Below the pieces are notes generated by a model. The model did no database searches. It worked only from the letters and a program-made list of their open reading frames with translations, and had not been told where the DNA came from. The position numbers and the translations under genes were made by a program. A stretch of 64,000 nucleotides of DNA from an uncultured Chloroflexia bacterium (GTDB lineage Bacteria; Chloroflexota; Limnocylindria; Limnocylindrales; CSP1-4). Position 1 is the stretch's first letter, and each line of letters opens with the position of its first letter. This document shows positions 32,061 through 40,883 of the stretch, piece by piece. The stretch is from contig CAVVYR010000032.1 in the NCBI GenBank assembly GCA_963752475.1, positions 15,972-79,971 on the forward strand, written 5' to 3'.

Positions 32061-33185
32061 ATGTACCGCAACATGCGAAAGCCAATCGTTCTTCTGACCA
32101 CGATGGCCCTGACCCTGGGGTCCGTTGGCGCCGTCGGCGCTGCCTGGGATGGTGGCGACGACCTGCCGACCAGCCCGCTCAACTGCCCGGGCGAGGATCC
32201 GCCCGCAGCGCCACCCGCCGGCGACTACGACGGCGGCATGGTCCAGAACCCGGTCGCCCAGCCCGGTGACGACCTGACCCTGGTCGACATCCCCAAGCTC
32301 ATCGGCATCGGCTACTTCAACGCCACCGCGCAGGGCATGCAGGAAGCTGCAGTCGAGCTCGGCAACGTCGAGGTCATCAACGACGGCCCGACCCAGGCCA
32401 ACATCGATGAGCAGATCACCTTCATCGACAACTACATCACCCAGGGCGTGGACGGCGTGCTCTTCGCCGCCAACGACCCCGTGGCCATCGGCCCGGTGCT
32501 GCAGAAGGCCCTTGAGAACGGCGTGCGCGTCGTCGGTTACGACGCCAACTCCGTGCCCGAGGCTCGCGAGTGGTTCATCAACCAGGCGCCGTTCGCCCCG
32601 ATCGCCAAGACCATGATCGACAGCCTCGTGGCCGAGCAGGGCGAGGAAGCCTCCTTCGGCATCGTCACCTCGACCTTCACCACGCCCAACCAGGCGCGCT
32701 GGATCGCCGAGATGGAAGCCTATGCCTCCAAGTGCTATCCGAACATGACCTGGCTCGAGACGCTCGAGGCCCAGGAGGACTACCCGCTCTCCTTCAGCCA
32801 GGCCCAGACGCTCATCAACAAGTACGGCGACGACATGAACGGCATCTTCGGTATGACGTCGGTGGCCACGCCGGCCGCTGCCGATGCGGTCACCCAGGCT
32901 GACGCCTGTGGCTCGGTCTCCGTCGTCGGTCTGGCCACCCCCAACGAGATGCGCCCGTTCGTCGAGAGCGGCTGCGTCGAGTCGGTCGTGCTCTGGAACC
33001 CGGTCGACCTTGGCTACGCCTCGGTCTACGTCACCCGCGCCATCGTCGACGGCGAGTTCGGCCCTGGCGACACCAGCGTCAGCGCTGGCAGGCTCGGTGA
33101 CCTCGTGGTCGTGAACGGCTCCGAGGTCCTCCTCGGCGACCCGTTCGTGTTCACCCCCGAGAACATCGGCGACTTCGACTTCTAG
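32061..33185 (+). CDS. Monosaccharide ABC substrate-binding protein (RhaS/LsrB-like)
   Basis: Signal peptide, IPKLIGIGYF, PNQARW, LWNPVDLGY and the C-terminal F.PENIGDFDF. Confidence 0.88.
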   Translation: MYRNMRKPIVLLTTMALTLGSVGAVGAAWDGGDDLPTSPLNCPGEDPPAAPPAGDYDGGMVQNPVAQPGDDLTLVDIPKLIGIGYFNATAQGMQEAAVELGNVEVINDGPTQANIDEQITFIDNYITQGVDGVLFAANDPVAIGPVLQKALENGVRVVGYDANSVPEAREWFINQAPFAPIAKTMIDSLVAEQGEEASFGIVTSTFTTPNQARWIAEMEAYASKCYPNMTWLETLEAQEDYPLSFSQAQTLINKYGDDMNGIFGMTSVATPAAADAVTQADACGSVSVVGLATPNEMRPFVESGCVESVVLWNPVDLGYASVYVTRAIVDGEFGPGDTSVSAGRLGDLVVVNGSEVLLGDPFVFTPENIGDFDF

Positions 33186-33225
33186 TCCTGCCGGCGGGTC
33201 TCCCGCCACGGTCTAGTCACCAACG

Positions 33226-33262
33226 ACGCCGGGGTGCCGCAGAGGCGCCCCGGCGTTTTCGT
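33226..33262 (+). terminator. Rho-independent terminator
   Basis: ACGCCGGGGTGCC-GCAGA-GGCGCCCCGGCGT followed by TTTCGT. Confidence 0.75.
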
Positions 33263-33340
33263 ATGCCCTTGCCTGACTCGGCCGCCTGAGGGTGCCTGCG
33301 CCGCGCCGGCCCACGCTGTGTCCGATCACGCTGGGTCGCG

Positions 33341-33379
33341 AACAACTGGTCGGATGTTGCGAACAATTGGCCAGATGTT
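33341..33379. promoter_or_regulatory. Tandem pair of 18-bp pseudo-palindromic operators (GntR/FadR-like)
   Basis: AACAACTGGTCGGATGTT (33341-33358) and AACAATTGGCCAGATGTT (33362-33379), with a 21-bp period. Confidence 0.6.
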
Positions 33380-33692
33380 CCCTGGGGCGGCCTTGGCCAG
33401 GAGAACGACACGCGCCGCGCGATCCGAATGCATCGTCATGCGCTCCAAGCCCATCGACGGGGCCGACATGCACGTCGTCTGCATCGACATGCACCATGGC
33501 CCGGTATGGCAGCACCACTGTCTGGCCTAAGGCCACCTGGGGTGCCATTCGACCAGGAAGTCGGAGAGCCTCGGCTCCGATGACTGGACTCGGCGCCCAG
33601 GTAGCCTCGCCACGCGCGTGCCGACGCTGAATCGTTCCTCACGTACCCGCCGCGCGGGGGATGATAGGCACGACCGGAGCAGGGGGTACGAC

Positions 33693-34722
33693 ATGGACCC
33701 GACCATCAAGGCGGCCGTTGGGTCGCAGCGGTGTGGAGGTGACGCTGCTCGGGCTCGGCGGCGCCACCTACGGCTCGATCTACCGCGAGGTCAGCGAGCG
33801 CGAAGCGCTCGACGCCATCGATGCTGCCTGGGACGCGGGCATCCGCTACTTCGACACCTCGCCCTGGTACGGCTGTGGCCTCTCGGAGCTGCGCACCGGC
33901 GCCGGCCTGCGCCACCGGCCACGCGACGAGTTCGTCCTTTCGTCCAAGGTGGGCCGCTGCATGGACGCGCGCGAACCCGGGTCCACCCGCAACCTCTCGC
34001 CGTGGGTCGCGCCGGCACCCTTCGATCACTACCACGACTACTCCTACGACGGCATCATGCGCAGCTACGAGCAGTCCCAGCTGCGCCTGGGCATGACCCA
34101 CTACGACGTCGGCGTCATCCACGATCTCGACTTCTGGACGCACCAGACCGAGGAGCGGGTGCAAGGCCACCTCGAGGCGCTGGAGTCGAGCGGCTGGCGA
34201 GCGCTCGAGGAGCTGCGTCGAGACGGTCTGCTCAAGGCCATCGGGGCGGGCATCAACGAGCTGGGCTTGATGGAGCGCTTCCTGGCCTTCTGCGAGCCCG
34301 ACTTCTGGCTCGTGGCCATGCCCTATACGCTGCTCCGCCAGGAGATGCTCGACGGTGAGTTCGACATCTGCGCCCGCCACGGCATCAGCGTCATCATCGG
34401 TGCGCCGTACCAGTCGGGCATCCTGGCCACCGGCGCCGTGCCCGGTGCACGCTGCGACTACCGCCCAGCCACGGAGGATGAGCTGTCCGCGGTGCGCCGG
34501 ATCGAGGACGTCTGCGCTCGACACGAGGTGCCCCTGCCGGCGGCAGCGCTGCAGTTCGTGGTGGGCCATCCGGTCGTCGCCTCGGTCATCCCGGGAGCCG
34601 CGTCCGCGGCACAGGTCGAGCGCAACGTGGCTACCTTCCGCCACCCCATCCCGGCGGACCTATGGGCCGAGCTGAAGACGGAGGGCCTGCTGCGGGAAGA
34701 TGCGCCGGTCCCTGCTTCGTGA
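33693..34722 (+). CDS. Aldo/keto reductase, D-threo-aldose 1-dehydrogenase (L-fucose dehydrogenase)-like; one extra base near 33710
   Basis: Motifs YFDTSPWYG.GLSE, LSSKVGR, DYSYDGIMRS.E.S..RLG and IHD. The likely start MDPTIK-RPLGRSG at ATG 33693 needs one base removed; the alternative start is 33661. Confidence 0.85.
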
Positions 34723-34730
34723 AGGGGACC

Positions 34731-35561
34731 ATGAACGACCGCGACGGCGCCTTGCGGCAAACGGCCGCGGAGCTGCGCGGGAACATCCTGACGATGATCC
34801 ACAGCGCCGGTTCTGGTCATCCTGGTTCGGCCCTCTCGTCTGCCGACCTGTTCACGGTCCTGTACTGGGACGAGCTGAACGTCGACCCCGCGAACCCGCG
34901 CTGGCCGGACCGCGACCGGCTGCTGCTGTCCAAGGGGCACGCCTGCCCAGTGCTCTACGCGTCGCTGGCGATGAAGGGCTACTTCGGCCTGGAGCACCTC
35001 GGCCGACTGCGGCAGATCGACGGCATCCTGCAGGGCCACCCGGACATGAACAAGACCCCTGGGGTCGATTACACCACCGGTTCGCTGGGACACGGCCTTT
35101 CGATCGGCCTGGGCATGGCGCTCGCGGCCCGGCTGGACGAGCGAGCGTATCGGACGTACGTCGTGATCGGCAGCGGCGAGCTGCAGGAGGGCCTGGTGTG
35201 GGAGGCGGCCATGGCCGCGGCCAAGTGGGACTCGGACAACCTCTGCGCCATCGTGGACTACAACGGCCTGCAGCTCGACGGTCGCAACGACGAGGTCATG
35301 CCGCTGGGCGATATCGCGGCCAAGTGGCACGCGTTCGACTGGCACGTCATCGAGTGCGACGGGCACGACATGGCGGCGATCCGCGGGGCTTTCGACCAAG
35401 CGCGACAGACGAGCGGCTGCCCGTCGGTCATCATCGCCCGCACGACCAAGGGCAAGGGCGTCTCGTTCATGGAGCATCAGGTCGGCTGGCACGGTCGGGT
35501 CCCCGACGACGAGCAGTTCCGCCAGGCCATGGCCGAGATCACCGGATCCACGGATGACTAG
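34731..35561 (+). CDS. Transketolase, N-terminal (TPP-binding) subunit
   Basis: Motifs SGHPG, DRLLLSKGHA, LQGHP, TGSLGHG, G(S)GELQEG..WEA, KGKGVSFME and WHG. Confidence 0.92.
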   Translation: MNDRDGALRQTAAELRGNILTMIHSAGSGHPGSALSSADLFTVLYWDELNVDPANPRWPDRDRLLLSKGHACPVLYASLAMKGYFGLEHLGRLRQIDGILQGHPDMNKTPGVDYTTGSLGHGLSIGLGMALAARLDERAYRTYVVIGSGELQEGLVWEAAMAAAKWDSDNLCAIVDYNGLQLDGRNDEVMPLGDIAAKWHAFDWHVIECDGHDMAAIRGAFDQARQTSGCPSVIIARTTKGKGVSFMEHQVGWHGRVPDDEQFRQAMAEITGSTDD

Positions 35562-36510
35562 GTACGCCATGGGGGACGTCCTGCCCACGCGCGTGGCCTA
35601 CGGCGAGGCCCTGCGCGACCTCGGCGAGGTGGACGAGCGGGTCGTGGTGCTGGAAGCGGACATCGGCAAGTCCACACACAGCGCCCTCTTCGGCGCCGCC
35701 CACCCGGAGCGCTACTTCAACGTGGGCATCGCCGAGCAGAACGAGATGGGCGTGGCCGCCGGGCTGGCGAGCTGTGGCAAGGTCGCCTTCGTCTCCACCT
35801 ACGCCGTCTTCGCCAGCATGCGCGCCTGCGAGCAGATCCGGACCTTCGTGGCCTACCCGCGAGCCAACGTCAAGGTCTGCCCCAGCCACGGGGGCCTCAC
35901 CCCCGGCAACGACGGCCCCACACACCAGGCCACCGAGGACCTCGGCATCATGCGTACGATCCCCAACATGACGGTGTGCATGCCGACCGATGCGGTGATG
36001 GCGTACAAGGCCGTCTTCGCGGCGGCGGAGCTCGAGGGCCCGCTCTATCTGCGCCTCACGCGTGACCCGGTGCCGGTGGTCTACGACGACGAACTCGACT
36101 TCGCCTTCGGTAAGGCCATCGTGCTGCGGACCGGGACCGAGGCCACGATCGTGGCCAACGGCGACATGGTCGTCCAGGCCCTCCAGGCAGCAGAGCGTCT
36201 GGCCGCGGACGGCATCGACGTCACGGTCATCGACATGCACACGATCAAGCCGCTCGACGAGGCCTGCCTCCTCGAGCACTGCACGGGCAAGCGGTTCGTC
36301 GTCAGTGCCGAGGACCACCAGATCAACGGCGGTCTCGGCAGCGCTGTCGCCGAGTTCCTCGCCGAGCGTTGCCAGGTGCCCATGAAGCGCATCGGCCTAC
36401 GCGACACGTTCGCTGAGTCCGGGCCGTACCTCGAGCTGCTCAGGAAGTACGGACTGGACGCGGGCGCCATCGAGCGTGCCGTGCGCGACGGACTGGCGGG
36501 CACGAGATGA
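35554..36510 (+). CDS. Transketolase, C-terminal subunit
   Basis: Motifs GIAEQN, RACEQIR, DGPTHQ, YLRL.R, TIKPLD, EDH...GGLGSAV and D.FAESG. Confidence 0.92.
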   Translation: MTRYAMGDVLPTRVAYGEALRDLGEVDERVVVLEADIGKSTHSALFGAAHPERYFNVGIAEQNEMGVAAGLASCGKVAFVSTYAVFASMRACEQIRTFVAYPRANVKVCPSHGGLTPGNDGPTHQATEDLGIMRTIPNMTVCMPTDAVMAYKAVFAAAELEGPLYLRLTRDPVPVVYDDELDFAFGKAIVLRTGTEATIVANGDMVVQALQAAERLAADGIDVTVIDMHTIKPLDEACLLEHCTGKRFVVSAEDHQINGGLGSAVAEFLAERCQVPMKRIGLRDTFAESGPYLELLRKYGLDAGAIERAVRDGLAGTR

Positions 36511-37269
36511 TGCGGTCGTCGGCGAGCTTCAGCGGCCAGGCCGTGCTCGTGACCGGCGCCGGCAGCGGCATCGGCGCGACCATCGCGCGGGTGTTCGCGG
36601 AGCGTGGGGCCCACGTCGCCATCAACGATGTCGACGCTGAGGCTGCAGAGCGGGTGGCTGACCGAGCTGCTCGAGCGCGGCCTGAGCGCGGCGCCGTTCG
36701 TGGCGGACGTGACGCTCGAGCCGGCGGTGCGGGCGATGTGCGACGAGGTCGTCGAGACCTTCGGTTCGCTGGACATCCTGGTCAACAACGCCGGCGTCCT
36801 GGGCCTCACGCCGACCGAAGAGCTGGAGGTCGATGCCTGGGCTCGCACGCTGGCGGTCAACCTCACCGGGGCCTTCATCTGCTGCCGGGCCGTGTTGCCA
36901 CCGATGCGTCGGCAGGGCCGCGGCCGGATCGTCAACATCTCGTCGCTGGCCGGAGAGTCCGGCGGCATCGCGGCCGGCGCAGACTACGCCGCCTCCAAGG
37001 GCGGCCTGCTCACGCTCACCCGTAAGCTGGCGCTGGAAGTCGCAGCGCATGGCATCACCGTCAACGCCATCGCACCGGGCACCACGCGGACGCCCATGAT
37101 CGAAGCCCTGTCACCGGTCGACCGGGACATGCTGCGGGCGAAGATCCCCGTCGGGCGCTTGGGGGAGCCTGAGGATGTCGCCTACGCCGTCTGCTTCCTG
37201 GCGAGTGACGAGGCGTCCTTCATCACCGGCGCCACCCTGGACGTGAACGGCGGGCTCCTGATGCGATGA
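36507..37269 (+). CDS. SDR family oxidoreductase (FabG-like), split by one extra base at about 36661
   Basis: TGAGSGIG in ORF 36507; NNAG, YAASK and LDVNGG in ORF 36604. They join as AERVAD-ELLERG. Confidence 0.85.
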
Positions 37270-37297
37270 GGTGCTGAACGAAGGTGGAGGGATCTCG

Positions 37298-38059
37298 ATG
37301 ACAGGACGGCTCGAGGGCAAGGCCATCATCGTCACCGGCAGCTCGAGAGGGATCGGTCGCAGCTGCGCCCTTCGCTGCGCCGAAGCCGGAGCGCGCGTGG
37401 TGGTGCACGGGCGGACCGCCAGTGACGAGCTCGAGGCCAGCGTCTCGCAGATCCGCGAACGGGGCGGGGTGGCCGTCGGCGTCAGTGGCGACGTCTCGAT
37501 CCGGGCGGACGTCGAGCGCATCGTGGCCGAGAGCACGGCCGCGCTGGGCCCGCTCGATGGCCTCGTCAACAACGCCGGCATCAGCTACTTCATCGACTTC
37601 CTGGAGGTCACCGACGAGCAATGGGAGGCGCTGATGGCCGTCAATGCCAAGGGTCCCTTCCTCATGACGCAGGCGGTCGCGCGGACGATGATCGAGGCCG
37701 GACGGCCGGGTCGGATCTGCAACGTGACCTCGATCTCCGGCCAGAAGGCGACGAACCCGCAGCAGGTGCCCTACTGCACGTCCAAGGGCGCGGCCAACAT
37801 GTTCACCAAGGTCGCGGCGGTGGCCCTCGGTCCGCACGGCATCACCGTCAATGCCGTGCTGCCCGGCACCATCGAGACCGACATCAACCGCGAGGTCCTC
37901 GCCGCCGAAGGCACGGTCGAGGCCATCACCGAGGCCACGCCGCTGGGGCGCCTGGGCGACGTCGAGGACGTGGGGCAGGCCGTGGTCTACCTCATGTCGG
38001 ACGAGGCCCGCTGGGTCACCGGTGCCCTGCTCGCGGTGGACGGCGGCTTCATCGCCTGA
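37298..38059 (+). CDS. SDR family oxidoreductase (L-rhamnose/glucose 1-dehydrogenase-like)
   Basis: Motifs TGSSRGIG, NNAG, YCTSK and PGTIETDIN. Confidence 0.88.
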   Translation: MTGRLEGKAIIVTGSSRGIGRSCALRCAEAGARVVVHGRTASDELEASVSQIRERGGVAVGVSGDVSIRADVERIVAESTAALGPLDGLVNNAGISYFIDFLEVTDEQWEALMAVNAKGPFLMTQAVARTMIEAGRPGRICNVTSISGQKATNPQQVPYCTSKGAANMFTKVAAVALGPHGITVNAVLPGTIETDINREVLAAEGTVEAITEATPLGRLGDVEDVGQAVVYLMSDEARWVTGALLAVDGGFIA

Positions 38060-38247
38060 CGTCCGCCGTCTGTCGGACGCGACCGCGCCTGATCATCGCT
38101 GCCCGACCCGCTTCTCCATGGTCGGGCTCGAGACCGCCCTGTCCCGGACCTGATCGGATCGTCCGTGCGTTGGGTGATAATGCCGATGGTCGCTCGCGGG
38201 GCTCGACCCCAGGCTGAGCGCTAGACAACGATGTCACTGGAGGCGAC

Positions 38248-38442
38248 ATGCAGATCACAGCAGACCGGGAAACGTGCACGGCGGCCGGACAGTGCGCGAG
38301 CGTAGCGGCGGCGCTCTTCGACCAGGACGACGATGGCGTCGTGGTGCTCCTCAAGGAGGAACCGAGTGAGGCCGAGGAGCCCCTGGCGCGCCGGGCGGCC
38401 AGCCTCTGCCCGGCGCGCGCGATCACCATCGTCGAAGACTAG
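38248..38442 (+). CDS. [3Fe-4S] ferredoxin (P450-associated type)
   Basis: CTAAGQC...CP motif (CxxAxxC). GGAGG RBS. Confidence 0.92.
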   Translation: MQITADRETCTAAGQCASVAAALFDQDDDGVVVLLKEEPSEAEEPLARRAASLCPARAITIVED

Positions 38443-39636
38443 GTGCCGATCGACGCGTCGGCCCGCGTCGTCATCGTGGGTGCATCCGTCGGCGGCCTGA
38501 CCACGGCGGAGGCACTGCGCCACGAAGGGTTCAAGGGGCCCATCACGCTGGTCGGCGATGAGGCTCGACTGCCCTACCGCCGACCGCCGCTCTCCAAGCA
38601 GGTACTGACGGGCGAGTGGCCGCCTGAGCGCACGTACCTCCTCGATGCGGGCGGGTTGGACGACCTCGATCTGCGGATGATGCTGGGCAGCCGCGCAAGC
38701 GAGCTGGACGTCACTGCTCACACATTGGTGGTCGACGGCGAGCGAGTCCCGTACGACACCCTCGTGGTCGCGACTGGCGTCAAGGCTCGTCAGCTCCCAG
38801 GCGTGGGTGACGCCCGGGGCATCCACACGCTGCGAACGCTCGACGATGTCGATGCCATCCGTACCCGCCTGGAGACGGCGGCTCGAGTCGCCGTGGTCGG
38901 CGCCGGCGTGCTGGGATCCGAGATCGCCTCGGCGGCGCGTCACCTCGGCCTCCAGGTCGTCCTCATCGGCCGCACGAAGAGCATGCGCATGGGACAGGTC
39001 GGCGACCACCTGTCCGAGCTCATCAAGGAGCTGCACCGGGCCAACGAGGTAGACGTCCGAACCGGTGTGGGCGTGGTCGACGTCTCCGGGTCGGGCCATC
39101 AGCAGGTGGTAGAGCTGTCGAGCGGCGAGGTCGTGGAGGCGGATCTCGTGATCGTCGCGATCGGCGGGATCCCGTCGACCGACTGGCTCTCCGGCTGCGG
39201 CCTCGACCTCTCCGATGGCGTGGTCTGTGATGCCTCTGGACTCGCAGCACCGGACGTGTATGCCGTCGGCGACGTGGCCCAATGGCGCCGACAGGCCGGA
39301 ACCCCGGTGCCCCGCGCCGAACACCATCTCAATGCGGTCGAGCAGGCGCTGGCCGTCGCCCACCTGCTCGTGACCGGAGAGCCACCGGGCGCCGTCGTAC
39401 CCTTCTTCTGGTCCGAACTCCACGACACGCGGATCCAGGCCTACGGCCGTTTCGCCGCTGACTCGCCGCTCGAGGCCATCGCGGGCGACATGGGCGATCG
39501 ACGGTTCGTCGCAGCGTCGCGCGACGGCGACCGGACCACCGGCGTGGTGGGCTGGAACATGCCTCGAGACTTCCGCGACGCCCGCGCCCTCGTCGATGCC
39601 TCCACTCCCCCACCGCACCAAGGAGTCCCGTCGTGA
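38443..39636 (+). CDS. NAD(P)H-ferredoxin reductase
   Basis: Motifs IVGASVGG, PY.RPPLSK, ATG, GAGVLGSE, YAVGDVA and PFFWS. Confidence 0.92.
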   Translation: MPIDASARVVIVGASVGGLTTAEALRHEGFKGPITLVGDEARLPYRRPPLSKQVLTGEWPPERTYLLDAGGLDDLDLRMMLGSRASELDVTAHTLVVDGERVPYDTLVVATGVKARQLPGVGDARGIHTLRTLDDVDAIRTRLETAARVAVVGAGVLGSEIASAARHLGLQVVLIGRTKSMRMGQVGDHLSELIKELHRANEVDVRTGVGVVDVSGSGHQQVVELSSGEVVEADLVIVAIGGIPSTDWLSGCGLDLSDGVVCDASGLAAPDVYAVGDVAQWRRQAGTPVPRAEHHLNAVEQALAVAHLLVTGEPPGAVVPFFWSELHDTRIQAYGRFAADSPLEAIAGDMGDRRFVAASRDGDRTTGVVGWNMPRDFRDARALVDASTPPPHQGVPS

Positions 39637-40874
39637 CCGACAAGAAGACCGAGCCCATCGATGACACGCCGAAGTGCCCGATCCCCTACGAACCACCGGT
39701 TTCGGTTCCCGTCGACGGGACCCCGCTGACACCATCGCCCTGCCTCGCGGCGTACCGGGACGTGGCCGCGGCCGTGCCGCTTCGCTATGCCGATGGCCAC
39801 GAGGGCCTGTTGACCACCACCGCGGACTTCGCGATGGCGGTCCTGACCGATCCGCGCTTCAGCCTCAAGCAGTGGCGCTTCCCGCTCGAGGCGCAGGCTG
39901 GCGCTGCCCACAGCCAGGTCGAGGACGACCCCATCGACGCTGCCGCGGAAGAGGCACTCGAGGCCTGCAACCTGCTGAAGATGGACGCCCCCGAGCACAG
40001 CCGGCTGCGCAAGGCGATCACCGGTCGCCTGTCCGTGCGCGCCGTGCGCAACTACGAGGACCGAGTACGCGAGATCGTCGCACGCCAGCTCGCCCGCTTC
40101 ATGGCGCTCGGCTCGCCGGCCAACCTGACCACCGAGTACGCCGACCCGATCAGCGCCCACGACCACTGCCACGCGCTGGGCGTCCCGGACGACCTGGTCC
40201 CCGGCTTCTTCGACACGTTCGTTCGGCTGAGCCCAAGGCAGCAGAAGCACGACTACGTGCGGGAGGTGGTAGGGGCCAAGCGCGACGACCTCGGCGAGGA
40301 CATCATCAGCGACCTCATCCGCAGCGACCTGACGGACGCGGAGATCGAAGGACAGCTCGTGCTGCTCATGAACGCCGGCCGGGACACCGTGGCCTACATG
40401 ATCGCGACAGGCGCGAACATGCTCCTGAAGAACCCGGAGCAGCTGGACGCCCTGCGCGACGAGCCTGAGCTCATCGAGACGGGCGTGGAGGAGATCCTGC
40501 GCTACGGCGCCATGTTCGTGACGCTGTTCCCGCGTACCGCCACTGAGGATGTCGAGATCGACGGGGTGAGGATCCCGAAGGGCACCACGGTCTCCGCCTC
40601 GCCGGTGGCCGCTAACCGCGACCCGCACCGCTGGGAACACCCAGATGAGCTCGACCTGCGACGCGATGCCTTCGGGCACCTCTCGTTCGGCTCCGGCCAG
40701 CATGGCTGCGTGGGCCAGCAGTTCGCCCGGCTCCAGGTGAAGGAGGCGCTCAGGCAGCTCATCGCCGCGATGCCCGACCTGCGCTTGGTCAAGGCCCAGC
40801 AGGACGAGCCCATCCGACCGTTCCCCTCGGAGTTGCCGACCTATCACGCCGGCGACGTCATCGTGGCCTGGTAG
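39633..40874 (+). CDS. Cytochrome P450
   Basis: D.PEH.RLR, I-helix AGRDT, ExxR (EEILR), ANRDP and heme motif FGSGQHGCVG. Confidence 0.95.
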   Translation: MTDKKTEPIDDTPKCPIPYEPPVSVPVDGTPLTPSPCLAAYRDVAAAVPLRYADGHEGLLTTTADFAMAVLTDPRFSLKQWRFPLEAQAGAAHSQVEDDPIDAAAEEALEACNLLKMDAPEHSRLRKAITGRLSVRAVRNYEDRVREIVARQLARFMALGSPANLTTEYADPISAHDHCHALGVPDDLVPGFFDTFVRLSPRQQKHDYVREVVGAKRDDLGEDIISDLIRSDLTDAEIEGQLVLLMNAGRDTVAYMIATGANMLLKNPEQLDALRDEPELIETGVEEILRYGAMFVTLFPRTATEDVEIDGVRIPKGTTVSASPVAANRDPHRWEHPDELDLRRDAFGHLSFGSGQHGCVGQQFARLQVKEALRQLIAAMPDLRLVKAQQDEPIRPFPSELPTYHAGDVIVAW

Positions 40875-40883
40875 GAGCGAGAG

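Noticed and set aside
20082-33185. Canonical L-rhamnose operon
   Set aside because: No rhamnose isomerase or mutarotase is present, the SDR domain is SrlD-like, and a SorE-like enzyme and 3-epimerase are present.
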